From the NCBI RefSeq assembly GCF_009914755.1, contig NC_060932.1: a stretch of 64,000 nucleotides of DNA. The stretch is one strand, 5' to 3'. Below the pieces are notes generated by a model that made no database searches, was not told the DNA's origin, and worked only from the letters and a program-made list of their open reading frames with translations. This DNA is from the human T2T-CHM13v2.0 reference genome, Homo sapiens. Below are positions 41,137-54,845 of this stretch, in pieces. The translations under genes were made by a program, and so were the position numbers. Within the stretch, counting starts at the first letter, position 1; every line of letters starts with the position of its first letter.

Positions 41137-41602
41137 AGCTATGGACTGAATGTTTGTATCCCCCCAAAATTCAAATGTTGAAGACTTAACTCTCAGTGTG
41201 GTTACATTTGGAGATGGGCTCTGAGAAAGTAATTAAGGTTAAATGAGTTCACAAGGGTAGGACCCTCATCCAATAGAATTAGCGTCCTTATAAGAGGAGA
41301 CAACAGAGTGTGTGCTCTCTCTTTCTCTCCTCTGTCTCTCTCTCTCCTTCTCTTCTCCTCTCTCTCTCTCTCACGTTCTCACTCTCTCTCTCCCTCTCTA
41401 TGCATGCACTGAGGAAAGGCCATGTGAGCACGCAGGGCAAAGGCAGCCATCTATAACCAAAGGGGAGAGCCCACACTAAATATCAACTTTACTGGCACCT
41501 TGATCTTGAACTTTCTGTCTCCAAAACTGTGAGAAAATGAATGTCTTTTGTTTAAGCCACACGATCTATGGTATTTTATATGACAGCCTGAACAGACTAA
41601 TA
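41137..41602 (+). mobile_element. MLT1A/B solo LTR containing a (CT)n expansion (41315-41400)
   Basis: gctatggactgaatgtttgtatccccccaaaattc...tttaagccacacgatctatggtattttatatgacagcctgaacagactaata. Confidence 0.85.
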
Positions 41603-41699
41603 AAAACATGATGCTGAGATCAGATAAAAAGGCTTTCAAAGCCAGGAGGAGAGATTTTGGAGGATAGAAGGGAGGCAGCAGCCATTGTGTAACATACAC

Positions 41700-42082
41700 A
41701 CTTTACTGGTGTGCTGATTCCCCTCAGTAGATGAAGCAGCAGCTGGCTTGGGCATGTGTGTTTAGCTCTGTGAGAAAGAGGCTCAACTTCTGCAGGGTTC
41801 CTTCATTACCAAGTCAGAGGCAACAAGAGCAAACATGGATTTCAGTCCAGCCTTACTGGGTTCCTGCCTGCTGGCGATATTCCCTCCGTGACTGCCTACC
41901 CTGTGGACTTCAAGCCAGCATAAGACACAAAGACAGTCTTACAGGGACTGCTTAACCAGACCCCACAATTGTGTAAGCCAGTTTCCTGTAATTAACCCTT
42001 TAATACATGTGGCACATATGTTTATATTATATTATATACCTCCTACTGTGTCTGTTTCTCTGTTTGAACCCTGACTGATACA
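41700..42082 (+). mobile_element. MLT2 (ERVL) LTR fragment
   Basis: ccccacaattgtgtaagccagtttcct...ctgtttctctgtttgaaccctgactgataca terminus. Confidence 0.7.
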
Positions 42083-42719
42083 GAATTAAAAGCCTGGGGA
42101 AATGAAGCAAACACTAGAGTTCAGGAAGAATAAATTTCATTTATTCATGCACTTATGTATTTATGTTAGGTACCAAAATCATACATCATATGAGATATGG
42201 GTCTTACAAATTTTCATTAAAATAAACAACTGATATAAAACTGTCAGAGTGGAGTGATGGGGCTCAAGGCAGGAATTGCCATTTGCCTAGCTTGGATTCC
42301 AAAGGGATGCTGACTTGAGACTGCGTTCTATTGTCTAGCAGGTACACTAGAGAACAAGAAGAAAAGCAATCTCTCCTTTAGGTCCCAAGATATTGAACAA
42401 GCAAAATAAGAGACTGATACTTGGAAGAGATTTGCAGGAAATGATGCCAGCTCTTGGGTCTTTAATTCCAACTGTAATTCCACTTCAAACATCACCTATT
42501 CATTATCCATTACTCCAAATCAGCCCATTATTTTATATTTCATGAGCAATAATTTTCAAAGCTCCTCAAGCAAAATCTCTGCAGCATTTTCTAGTCTTCT
42601 TTTTCCATTTCTTCCAGCACCCAGCTGCCATCTGCCACTGTCTCTCTGATTGGCCATGAAATTGTTGCTTCTGCTTCAAGAATGACTCTTGAATGAACAT
42701 CCCTCTTTGTAACTCTGCT

Positions 42720-43325
42720 GCTGCAGCCATAAAGAAGACCATCATTATCTTCCACTTGTGCATTTTCATGAATCTTCTAATGGATCTTTCTTCCCCTAGA
42801 ATTTTTACAAATCAAATGGGATTGAGTCATACTCCTGAATATATATTGCCAAATCCCTTCTAGCAACATTGCAAACTCCTTAGTATGGTACCTTTTCAAT
42901 CAAGACTCTGACAAGCATTTTCTACTTCTCCTATCACTTCTCATTATCTAACTTCACTGAACTTCTTCTGGTCGTTCCTAAATGACACTATCCCTTCCCA
43001 AACTTTGTGGCTTTGCATGTGCTGTTCCTAAGTGGAGGCTTAGAATGCCCTCTACGCCCTTTTACTTGTGATAAATGCCTACCAATTCCTTAAGAGAGGT
43101 TCAAGTTCTCCATAAGGCAGACCATCTCTTTGGTGTCCTAGAGCACTGAATGTTAATGTTGCTTTTAAAACAAATTCCACATTGAATAATAATTATCAAT
43201 TTACGAGATGGCTCTCATTTTAGGACTGTCATCTCCTTGAGGCTATGACAGCAACTTACTGGTGGTGTTCTGGCTGTCACATAGGAATAGCTTAAGAACA
43301 GTTTATTAAATAAATGAATTAATAA
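42720..43325 (+). mobile_element. L2 fragment
   Basis: ctttgcatgtgctgttcc...tagaatgccct...tattaaataaatgaatt. Confidence 0.5.
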
Positions 43326-46300
43326 ATATCATCAAGAAGTAGACTTCAGATTGAAGTTTACAATGTTATAATTATTATTTGGACCCCCAAATAAACCCAT
43401 AGAAATCTATTTCATCTATAATGCAGAATACAGCTAGAATACAGTACTATAAGTATAGTTGCCAAACATTGCATTGTAAAACTTTGCAAAAAGAGTATTT
43501 CAGCCATTTTATGAGAGAAACCTACATTGTGGGCTGGCTCAGGAAGCCAAACAAAATTTACCTTACTAGAAACTATTTTAATACTCATTAGAAATTTTAA
43601 ACAATATTTTAAAAATTCACTTTCTATAATTTGGTTCAGTTGATGTAGACTTCAGTGGACTTGTGATAGGTTTATATCAAATTTCTTTTCCTCAATTTCC
43701 CTTTTCTTCCCCACCTTCCTACCATACACTTGCCTTAACCAAATAACCTTGTAACTTTTCTTGAATAAAGAAGAGCCAACTCTTCATGGACAGCACTGAG
43801 CCTGAGTTTAGCTCTGACATAGACTTTGGTACTATGGGATGCATACCAGGAATAATAACAATGATTTTCTTTAATGTACCCCCAAGGTGATTGCTTTGGC
43901 TAGAGACTAAGGACAGAGGACCGCTGAGAATACACATTTCAATGTTATACTTTCAGAAAGAATTTACTTTACAGAGAAACAGATCTGTATAGTAGAAAGA
44001 ACACTAGAGTAAAAATTAGGATTGAGTTAGAATTATATGAATATTAAAAAGCCAACACTGGGAGGGAGGTAATGGGGATAGAGAAGAAAAGAGAAATACT
44101 TCGTATGAAAAGGTGGCAGAATTTTGTAACACTCTTGGTGGAGAGTGAGGGTGGGAAAAGAATAAAAAGAGCTCCTTGAATATTTCACAGTCTATGTGTT
44201 ATAATAAGGCTGATATAATTACTGAATTGGGATGAGGCAGCAGAAGGAAAAGTCAACTTTCTGAAAAAGTCTAAGATGGCTTTATAAATTGTTCAAGGTA
44301 GTGGTGACATCTATGATAGAGATGAATTGTATATACCAGAGACACAGAGCAAGTGGTTAGATGAGAAGGTAGAAAAAGTGAAAGATGTGAGATGTACCTT
44401 GAGAGAGGGATGGAGCCCTTAGATCAAAAACACCTTCTGCATTAGAAAAGCAGAGACCAATTTGGAAGCTAAAACAAGAAATCAAGGAAAAAGAAAATGT
44501 AATCTTCAAGGATGTAGGAGGAGAATTGGGATTATATAGTTAGATAAAAATATTTATTCATCCTTTTGTGACCCAGTATCTGTTTTCTGACAAAACAGAC
44601 ATGATTTTGAGGAGATGTCTCATTGTTCATTTCACAGGGAAAAGTGGTTATTTCGGCTCACCAGAGGACACAGAACACAAATATAGCTCCAATAAGAGAG
44701 GTGATGATAGACTTGAACATGGATTCCCACATGTTAGGAGTAAATCTCCTTTTGAGTCCAAATTATGGTGTCTGGTTACTGGAGAAGATTTACTGGCCGC
44801 CAGGTAAACCTTAGAAAGGTTACTATCTCACCAACTAATAGCGAAGAAGGCAAGGACTGTATTCCCGTTAGGCATGCTGGATTTTAAAACCACGAAAATT
44901 AATCCCCAAGTTCCTCAAACTAAGCCAGACATTTACTATGTGACTGTTAGCAAAAGAGAATAGACTTAGCTAATTAAGCTCAAATCATTTTACTTGTGAA
45001 ATAACTTCATTGTAATTGTAATGAATGTAAAACTTCAAATTATAATGAAGAGCTTTATTGGAAAGGTGACTCTTTAGAATAGCATGCTTTAATTAGATCA
45101 GAAAAAAATATAAAATTGTGTATATGTTTTATTTTAACATTTTTCAGAACAAAAGGTAATTAGCAATTGATGTCCCAGATTGCATCAGTGAAACAAAGTT
45201 TGACTTCAGTGCCCCAAGAGTCTCTAAGCCTCTGGTTCATTCTCTGTCCCTCCACCCTGGTGGACTGAGCCATCTTGGTAAAGCACCTCTACTCTTAAAA
45301 ATATGTCATTTCACCAAGATGGTTCCTATAATGAATGATGAAAAAATTATTTTATCTTATTTTTAATACTTGCCACAAAAATACCATGTCTTTTAAAAAG
45401 TGTTTGTAATTCAGTGCCTAAGAAATCAATTTAAAGTATGAGATTGTCTACTAATATTAATGCTTAAATGGAATTGGGAAATTGTTATGGTCTCAATGTT
45501 ACATTTGCTTAATCAAAATATAGATTCCTCATCCAATGTGACAAATAACCTATTATGACTCAGGATAATAATTAAATAATAGAATTTCAAAAATTTCTGT
45601 GCGATCACGACTAATCTAATCTTTATAATGTTTTAATGGTCAGATAAATCTTGCCATTATAAGAAACTGTTAGTAACCCTTAATTAAGTAGTTCGGTCAA
45701 AATGGGTGTCCCTTTACCACTCTTTTAGCACACTGTGATACTCCACAACAGCTCGTGAATATAGACACTAGCAGGGCTTCAAGTTAGTCCTTTTAAAAAT
45801 CTGTATGTTACTGGAGTTATGATGTCCCTATAATGTTTAGGAAGGCTTCTTGCCTATAGTAGCAAGTATTCACAAAATGTTTCGTGAAAGCATCAATTAA
45901 TTAGGGAATTTATATTTACTTAGATGTATCCTGAGTGTCAAACACTGTAACTATGCATTCTACACAGTTAGTAAAGATTGAAGATTGGGTTAATAAATAA
46001 ATAGGCGTTGATACCCTTAAAGAACATAAACTATGTCATTCAAGTTTGACCTTAACTATGACCATATCATTTTTGATATGATGGCTTTCAGATTTTTTCC
46101 ATCTACTATTCCCTTCAACACTTTATTGTTAGATATAATAATCAATGCAATACACATGAGAGCCAGTGATTCTTGAGTTGTGCCAAAACTATTCTACAAA
46201 TTTAAATATTTGAAAAAGAGAACACATATTTTCATGAGAGTGAAAGCTTAAAATTTTAAACATTTAGAAATGTGAGCATCAAAGCAAAGTTTTGAGAAGA

Positions 46301-46523
46301 TGCTCTTCATTAGGAAAAACACCATGATCGTAAAATAGCTGTTTTGTTAAAGCTCTGATGATGGGGTTTTTTTTTTTTTTTTTGCTTTAACAGAATATAT
46401 TCAGTCCTAGTAGACCACTTATAGTCACTCCCCAAAAATGGCTCTCTTTACAGACAATTGAATTATTCATTCTAAGAAAAATTGTAGGCAGACTCTCAAT
46501 GCAGTACTCTTAGGCCAACATTT

Positions 46524-46530
46524 GTGCATG

Positions 46531-46561
<31 letters not shown>

Positions 46562-47806
46562 TATATATACGTATATATGTATATACGTGTATATACATAT
46601 ATGTATATACGTGTATATACATATATGTATATACGTGTATATATACATATATGTATATACGTGTATATATACATATATGTATATACGTGTATATATACAT
46701 ATATATGTGTGTATATACATATATGTGTGTGTATATACATATATATGTGTATATACATATATGTGTGTATATACATATGTGTGTATATATACATATATGT
46801 GTGTATATACATATATATGTGTATATATACATATATGTGTGTATATACATATATATGTGTATATACATATATATGTGTATATATACATATATATGTGTAT
46901 ATACATATATATGTGTATATACACATATATATGTGTATATACATATATATGTGTGTACATATATATGTATATATGTGTGTACGCACATATATGTATATAT
47001 GTGTGTACGCACATATATGTATATATGTGTGTACGCACATATATGTATATATGTGTGTACGCACATATATGTATATATGTGTGTACGCACATATATGTAT
47101 ATATGTGTGTACATATATGTATATGTACATATATGTGTATATACATATATGTGTAAGTATATACATATATGTGTATATGTATATATGTATATATACATAT
47201 ATGTGTATATGTATATATGTATATATATATGTGTATATGTATATATACATATATATACATATATACATGTATACGTATATATACATATATACATGTATAC
47301 GTATATATACATATATACATGTATACGTATATATACGTATATGTGTATATGTATATATACATATATGTATATGTATATATATACGTATATGTATATGTAT
47401 ATATATACGTATATGTATATATACGTATATGTATATGTATATATATACATATACGTATATATGTATATATACGTATATGTATATACGTATATATATACAT
47501 ATACGTATATATACATATACGTATATGTATATATACGTATATGTATATATACGTATATACATATACGTATATATATACATATACATATACGTATATATAT
47601 ACATATATACATATACATATACATATATATACATATACGTATATATACATATACGTATATGTATATATGTACATATACGTATATGTATATATATACATAT
47701 ACGTATATGTACATATATACATATACGTATATGTATATATATACGTATATGTATATATACGTATATATGTATATATACACATATAGGTATATATATGTAT
47801 ATATAT
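46524..47806. repeat. ~1.28-kb compound (TA/TG/CA/CG)n alternating purine-pyrimidine VNTR
   Basis: Almost unbroken RY alternation with higher-order units, e.g. a 26-mer GTGTGTACGCACATATATGTATATAT five times (acgcac at 46981, 47007, 47033, 47059, 47085). Confidence 0.98.
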
Positions 47807-48889
47807 TCTTAGTTTGGGATTTATAAACAATTAAGGGAAATCACTGAATTACATATAAAACATCAAGTTAATTATTTTTACCTTTTCAATCTTCAGGTAG
47901 TCTTGAATTTTCTTTTCCAAAAGGAGTTATTAATATGAAAGGAAGGCAGACATTTGCATACTTATACATCTTTTTACAAAGATATTTTAATTATATTTGT
48001 CCATATGCCAAAAATATCATTCATAATTTATGTAAATTTATTTCACAGCAAAGGTGTAATTCAATTTGATGAGCTATGGTTAAGAATGAATTATAATTCT
48101 CAAATCTTTATAATAGACGTAATATAATGCCAGTTGTGATGTTATAATGGAACACACAAGAAAACTATGTCAAAATTACATTAAATTTCAAACGGCACCC
48201 TAGTATTTAAGGAATTTAAGTAGTATGTGTCTTTAAGGGGGTAAAAATTTAGACTGACTAAAAAAAGGACATAACAAATTCTCAAGTCTAAGCTCTCAAA
48301 TATAAAATGTTTCAGAGAAAGTTGACAAGATATCTATAATCCAAAGGGCAACAAAAATTGGGACTTTATCCTCATTTTTTCATAATTAAGTAAATTCAAG
48401 AAAACGTTTATAAAAGATTTATAATATTTTGGTGGGACTCAAAAGCCATCAAAACTGAATTTAATTTTAAATATAAGCAAGCTAAGACATGAATCAGGAG
48501 AATCATAGTTTTTTTCATTTAAGGTGTTCACATGAAGATAGTTTAAAATTCTATTATTCTTGGAGAAGTCTTTTATCAAAACAAGCTGGATAACTGCTAT
48601 ATCTCATTCTCACAATCATGCTGAAATAGGATTTATCATGAAATTAAATGCAGTCTGCTAATTGTATAGCATTAAAATATTTCTACCATAAATTTTTTAA
48701 ATGGATGAAAAATAATTAATGATTTTGGATTTTAAAAAATATTTATACTAAAACTACCATGAGCCTTGCTTATGTAAAGTGACCGTAATATATATGCATG
48801 ATCATCATTATAAAGCCACAAAAGCTAATAGTCAGATTTGCAGTAACTTGGTTTTTCCATGCACAACCTAATAGAAAAAAGTCACATTT

Positions 48890-49028
48890 GAAAAGAAAGA
48901 GAAAGAAAGGGAAGCAAGGATGGGAGGGAAGGAGGAAGTAAGGGAGGGAGGAAAGGGGAGAGGAGGGGAGGGGAGGGGAGGGGAAGGGAGGGGAAGGGAG
49001 GGCAGGGGAGGGGAGGGGAGGGGAAAGA
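48890..49028. repeat. Polypurine (GGGGA/GGGAA)n tract
   Basis: ggaaaggggagaggaggggaggggaggggaggggaagggaggggaagggagggcaggggaggggaggggaggggaaag. Confidence 0.95.
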
Positions 49029-49219
49029 TGAATGGTGGGAAAAGTGAGGCTTTTACCAAAACCTTGAATGTGAACTAAAAGAGACCATGAAAAAGGAGCA
49101 TCAGTTATTTTTAATAAAAAAGAACACCAATACTTCATAAACACAAATTATCAATTTTAGTAGATCAGTCACCTCTTTGAATTTAACTGACTCATAGATA
49201 CACAACTAGTCAAATCCTA

Positions 49220-49715
49220 TGTGTATATGTGTTTAGAAGTTGTTCCTGTTATATGTTGTTAACTCCCTCAAAACTTAGTGGCTTAACTGTAAGCATTGTG
49301 TGATACTTCATATTTGTGGGTCAGGAATTCAATCAGATTCCATGGAGTAATTCTTCTTTCCCTGTGCTCTTGAAAGATTGGGCTAGTCTAAAGGGTGCTA
49401 GTCAGCTTCACTCACAACTCTGGTGCCGTGGGAGAGAAGGTCAGCTGGGACCCGAGCACCAATACATGGTCTCTTCACGATGGAGTCGAAAGGGGGGTCA
49501 GGAGTCTTATATATGGCAGCTTGGGGCTCTCAGAGAGAGGTTGCCAAGGAAGCCCAGGTAGAAGCTGCCAGCCTTCTTATGGCCTAACCTTGGTGGTCCC
49601 AGTACATCGCTTCTAATATTCTATTAGTTATGCGAGAATGAAGGCCAGCCCAGACACAGGAGAGGGAACTTAGACTTCTTATCTCAACCTTTGTGGCAAC
49701 ATTTAATCCTGCACA
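49220..49715 (-). mobile_element. Old MLT1 (MaLR) LTR
   Basis: aactccctcaaaacttagtggcttaa...gggtcaggaattc...ggtagaagctgccagccttcttatggcctaaccttgg. Confidence 0.7.
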
Positions 49716-50097
49716 CCAGTTTACATTGGAAGACGTTCTAGAAAGCTCCGTAGCTCAAAGATAGTCACTCTGTTGATGCTTCACCAATATTATTTTTGGA
49801 AAAGATATAGTTGATTCTTGTTACATCTTGTTTAAAATTGCTTAGGTTTAGATTATTATAACCAATTGTTATGATATGAAGCTTTTAATGTCTTAAGCTT
49901 TTTGTTTTTGTATGTGTTTTTGTTTGTTTTGTTTTGTTTACTTTGGTTCTTGGTTATTTTTTAAGAGAGATTTCTTTTCTCTTTCCAATGGTCTTACTTT
50001 AAACAAATACTATATTGATGTGAGACAGCTGTCTATTCAGACATATGGCCTTGGTAGGACACTAAATTGTTGGTTAACTGTTAAGAATATGACTGCA

Positions 50098-50392
<295 letters not shown>

Positions 50393-50600
50393 CTATAGAA
50401 ATACCTGGTAACATAAAGTAGTCAATTCCTGGTATTTCTTAGAAACCATAACTACCACCACACAGCCCCTCATGACAGTAAAGATCAGTTGAAACAAGTA
50501 TTAGTGATGGCAAACTCCAGAGATGATGCAGTACTTGCGTTCCTGCAGTCCTAATTTGCACTGGGATTCATCCAAACAAGCAGAGTTTAGCATCTTATTG

Positions 50601-52217
50601 TCAACTACCACTGAAATTCTTCACAGAATTAGAGAAAACTACTTTAAAAATCATATGGAACCAAAAAAGAAGCCATATAGCCAAGACAATCCTAAGCAAA
50701 AAGAACAAAGCCGGAGACATCACGCTACCCAACTTCAAACTATACTACAAGGTTACAGTAACCAAAAAAGCACGGAACTGATACAAAAATAGAAACACAG
50801 ACCAATGGAACAGAATAGAGATTTCAGAAATAAGACTGCACATCTACAACCATCTGATCTTTGACAAACCTGACAAAAACAAGCAATGGGGAAAGATTTC
50901 GTGTTTAATAAATGGTGCTGGAAGAACTGGCTAGCCATATGCAGAAAATTAAAACTAGACACCTTCCTTACACCATATACAAAAATTAACTCAAGATGCA
51001 TTAAAGACTTAAATATAAAACCAAAAACGATAAAAACCCCAGAAGAAAACCTAGGCAATGCCATTCAGGACATAGGCATGGGCAAAGATTCCATGACAAA
51101 AACATCAAAAGCAATTGCAACAAAAGTGAAAATTGACAAATGGGATCTAATTAAACTAAAGGGCTTCTGTACGGTTAAACTATCATCAGAGTGAACAAGC
51201 AACCTACAGAATGAGAGAAAATTTTTGCAATCTATCCATTTAACAAAGGTCTAATATCAAGAATATACAAGAAACTTAAACAAATTTACAAGAAAAAAAC
51301 AAACAACCCCTTTAAAAAGGGGCAAAGGACACGAAGAGACACTTCTCAAAAGAAGATATATTTAGATATATTTAGATATATTTATGTTGGCCACATATAT
51401 TTAGAAATATATGTGGCCAACAATGAAAAAAAGCACATCACTGATCATTAGAGAGATGCAAATCAAAACCACAATGAGATGCCATCTCATGCCTGTCAGA
51501 ATAGCTATTATTAAAAAGGCAAGAAACAACAGATGCTGGTGAGGCAGTGGAAAAATAGGAGCACTCTGACATTGTTGGTGGGAATGTAAATTAGTCCAAC
51601 CATTGTAGAAGACAGTGTAGTGATTCCTCAAAGACCTAGAACCAGAAATACAATTTGACCCAGCAATCCCATTACTGGGTGTATACCCAAAGGAATATAA
51701 ATCATTCTATTATAAAAATGCATGCACACATATGTTCATTGCAGCACTATTCACAATGGCAATGACATGGAATCAACCCAAATGCCCACCAATGTTAGAT
51801 TGGATAAAGAAAATGTGGCATATATACACCATGGAATACTATGCAGCCATAAAAAAGGAATGAGATCATGTCCTTTGCAGGGACATGGATGGAGCTGGAA
51901 ACCATTATCCTCAGCAAACTAACACAGGAACAGAAAACTAAACACCACATGTTCTCACTTATAAGTGGGAGCTGAACAAGGAGAACACATGAACACATAG
52001 AGGGGAACAACACACACTGGGGCCTGTCAGGTTGGGGGTGGGGGAGAAAGAGCATCAGGAAGAATAGCTAATGGATGCTGTGCTCAATATCTAGGTGATG
52101 GGTTGATCTGTGCAGCAAATCACCATGGCATGCGTTTACCTATGTAACAAACCTACACATTCTGCACATCCTGCACATGTATCCCAGAATTTAAATAAAA
52201 TTAAATTAAGAAAAAAA
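50601..52217 (+). mobile_element. L1PA (older primate) 5'-truncated: ORF2 C-terminus, 3'UTR, A tail
   Basis: ORF 50886-51194 [31 protein letters not shown] is L1 ORF2p; 3'UTR ends tgcacatgtatcccagaatttaaataaaa. Confidence 0.95.
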
Positions 52218-52904
52218 AGTTTAACCTTTATTCCAGTTTCCAACAAGTTCCTCATCTCCATCTTAGACCACCTCAGCTTGGACTTTATTGTCCATATTAT
52301 TATCAGCATTTTGGTCAAAACCATTCAACAAGTCTCTAGGAAGTTCCAAACTTTCCTACATCTTCCTGTCTTCTGAGCTCTCCAAGTCTCTAGGAAGTTC
52401 CAAAGTTTTCCACATTTTCCTATCTTCTTCTGAGCCCTCCAAACTGTTCCAATCTCTGCCTGCTACCCAGTTCCAAAGTTTCTTCCTCTTTTTTGGGTAT
52501 CTTTACAGCAGTGCCCCACTCTCCGTGGTACCAATTTACCGTATTAGTCTGTTCTCACACTGCTAATAAAGACATACCCGAGACTGGGTAATTTATAAAG
52601 GAAAAAGGTTTAACTGACTTACAGTTCAGCATGGCTGGGGAGGCCTCAGGAAACTTAACAATCATGGCGGAAGGGGAAGCAGGTACCTACATCCTTCTTC
52701 ACATGGTGGCAGCAAGAAGTGCAGAGCAAAGGAGGGCAAAAGTGCCCTCAAATCTCTTGAGAACTTACTATCATGAGGACAGCATGCAGATGACCACCCT
52801 CATGATTCAATTACCTTCCACCGGGCCCCTCCCACGATATGTGGGGATTGTGGGAACTACAATTCAAGGTGAGATTTGGGTGGGAGCACAGCCAAACCAT
52901 ACCA
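52218..52904 (-). mobile_element. THE1 (THE1D-like) 5' LTR (52540-52904) plus ~320 nt of adjoining internal sequence
   Basis: LTR reverse: gtattagtctgttctcacactgctaataaagacatacccgagactggg...cagccaaaccatacca; internal part has ggtaccaatttac boundary. Confidence 0.88.
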
Positions 52905-53555
52905 CCTACCTTAATTTTTTTTTGGAAAACAACAAACAATAAATAATCAAATAAAAATAAATATCCAAAAAATGTCCATTGAGGATTCACTATGTGCTAT
53001 AAGGACCTTATAATACTCGGCTTTCATATGCAGGTTTTTCAGCTTTGGAAAGCATAAAATGTATTTAATGGGTCATCTCAGAGTTGAGCCTAAACAGTTA
53101 TAGGGTGTATGAGACTTGATCTATACCTCCTTGTATTTGTTTATATTGAGGTGCTGGAAAAACAATTCAGAGTGTTAATAGATGGGATTCAGAAATTTTG
53201 AAGCATGTATGGTAACCAAGGTGAAGACAAAAGGAATGGTATTCCCAGGAAAAAAATAGTCACCCTTAAGAAAGACTCTGGCCTATGTATTTGGATTAAG
53301 CATTTACTAATATTTATTTAAAATAATAATAAAAACTATTTAAGTTTATCTAAAATAATTCTAAATAGTAAATTATGTATTTTAGTTCTCTATACATACC
53401 ATTATAAGTGTCTCATTCTAGGAGGCCCAATGTCCTTTAATTCAAAATATGAGACTTGGCTCAAACTATCCTGAGGATTTTTGTTATTGCTTTTGTTTTG
53501 TTTTGTCTTAGGATAAATATATTAACACTTGCTCTAAAATTTTTGCAGTTTAAAG

Positions 53556-53751
53556 CAATGGTTCTCAATGCGGGACAGGGTGATATCTGGAGAACTTTTG
53601 TATATCAAAACTGGGGATAGTGATAGTACTAGCATCTAATGGGAAGAGGCCAAAGATGCTGCTAAACATCTCACAATGCACAGGACAGCACTCTGCAACA
53701 AAAAATTTATCTAACCCGGGATGTCATTAGTGCTGAGATTGAGAAACCCTA
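53556..53751 (+). mobile_element. MER20 (hAT-Charlie)
   Basis: caatggttctcaa...gaggccaaagatgctgctaaacatctcacaatgcacaggacag...ttgagaaaccct; 8-bp TSD gtttaaag/ggttaaag. Confidence 0.88.
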
Positions 53752-54604
53752 GGTTAAAGCCATATGCTGTGAAGTGAAACTCTCAGTTCTTAACCAATAA
53801 CTAGTGTAAGAATTTAAAACAATTTAAATCTTTTGGGGAAAATTATGGTTGGCTTTCAGTAATATGAGAAGCTCTTTGCAATTGTGCTATTTATGTCTGT
53901 GCATCCACCATGTAACATAAAGCCTAGCCTAGAAAGACTTGCTGAAAGAAGAGAATGAATGACCAGCAGCTATTAAGAAAGGATGCTGCTGATTTCCATA
54001 ATGGAGGGATTGGTCATTTCTCTCTTCATCAGGTGATAGTCCAGCTGTTCTATTTCCCCAGAGAAGGCCTTTTGGCCTCTCTCACCTGGTTTTCGTGGTA
54101 GTCAGCAATGTAGAATATCTGAGTTGCTTATGAGAGGATATACTTGAAAATTCCGTAAAGATTGCACCTGTGCAATCTTCAGACATCTGATATTTAAGAG
54201 ACACCATCTAAGGAATGTATTTCCTACCTCATCAACTAAATTGCCTGGTACTATGTTTGTATTATGTAAACTCAGGGAGTTAAGCATGTGGATGTGAGGT
54301 CCTCTACTCGTTTGAAGTGTTGATATAAGAACTGTTTGGTTAAACAGCATTTCCGTGTCTACTATGGTATTAGAGTTAAAGCCACTGTCCAGTGTGTCTT
54401 ACAACATGCTTTTAAGCAAACCCCATGCTGTTAATTCAGTATTGAGATTAGTTCCAGAAAACAAAACAAAACAAAACAATGATTCAGTGTACTATATCTC
54501 TTGTCAAAAACACAAAAATATTTATATAACTGTTTTCCTTTTTTGCCTTAGCTACAAGAAGAATAAGCTGCCTGAAGTAATTAGCTCTTTTTGAGGCTGA
54601 ATAC

Positions 54605-54845
54605 TGAAGTGGTTAAAATGACACATGCTGGAGCCAGGCTGCTGGACTCCAGTCCCAGAGCCACAACTTACTAACTCCGTGATGGCTCTGTGATTTGACT
54701 GACTCCTCTGTGCCTCAGTTTCCTCACAGACAAAATGAAGTTAATAACCACTTCTGATTGTTAAGATTAAAACTGTTAACTGTTAAATACTTAAAACAGT
54801 GCCTAGTACATAGTAAAACCTTCAGATAAGCATCACTTATTATTT
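54605..54845 (+). mobile_element. MIR SINE
   Basis: gtggttaaaa...ctggagccaggctg...ctctgtgcctcagtttcctcac...aacagtgcctagtacatagtaa. Confidence 0.8.

Noticed and set aside
46975-47105. Regular 26-bp repeats as a CRISPR-like array
   Set aside because: Head-to-tail tandem units with no unique spacers, no cas genes, primate DNA.
46467-47830. Seven ORFs of 200-444 aa in all frames (Y/I/V/M/C/T/H/R-rich)
   Set aside because: Strict RY alternation cannot contain TAA, TAG or TGA, so all frames are open automatically. Not coding evidence.
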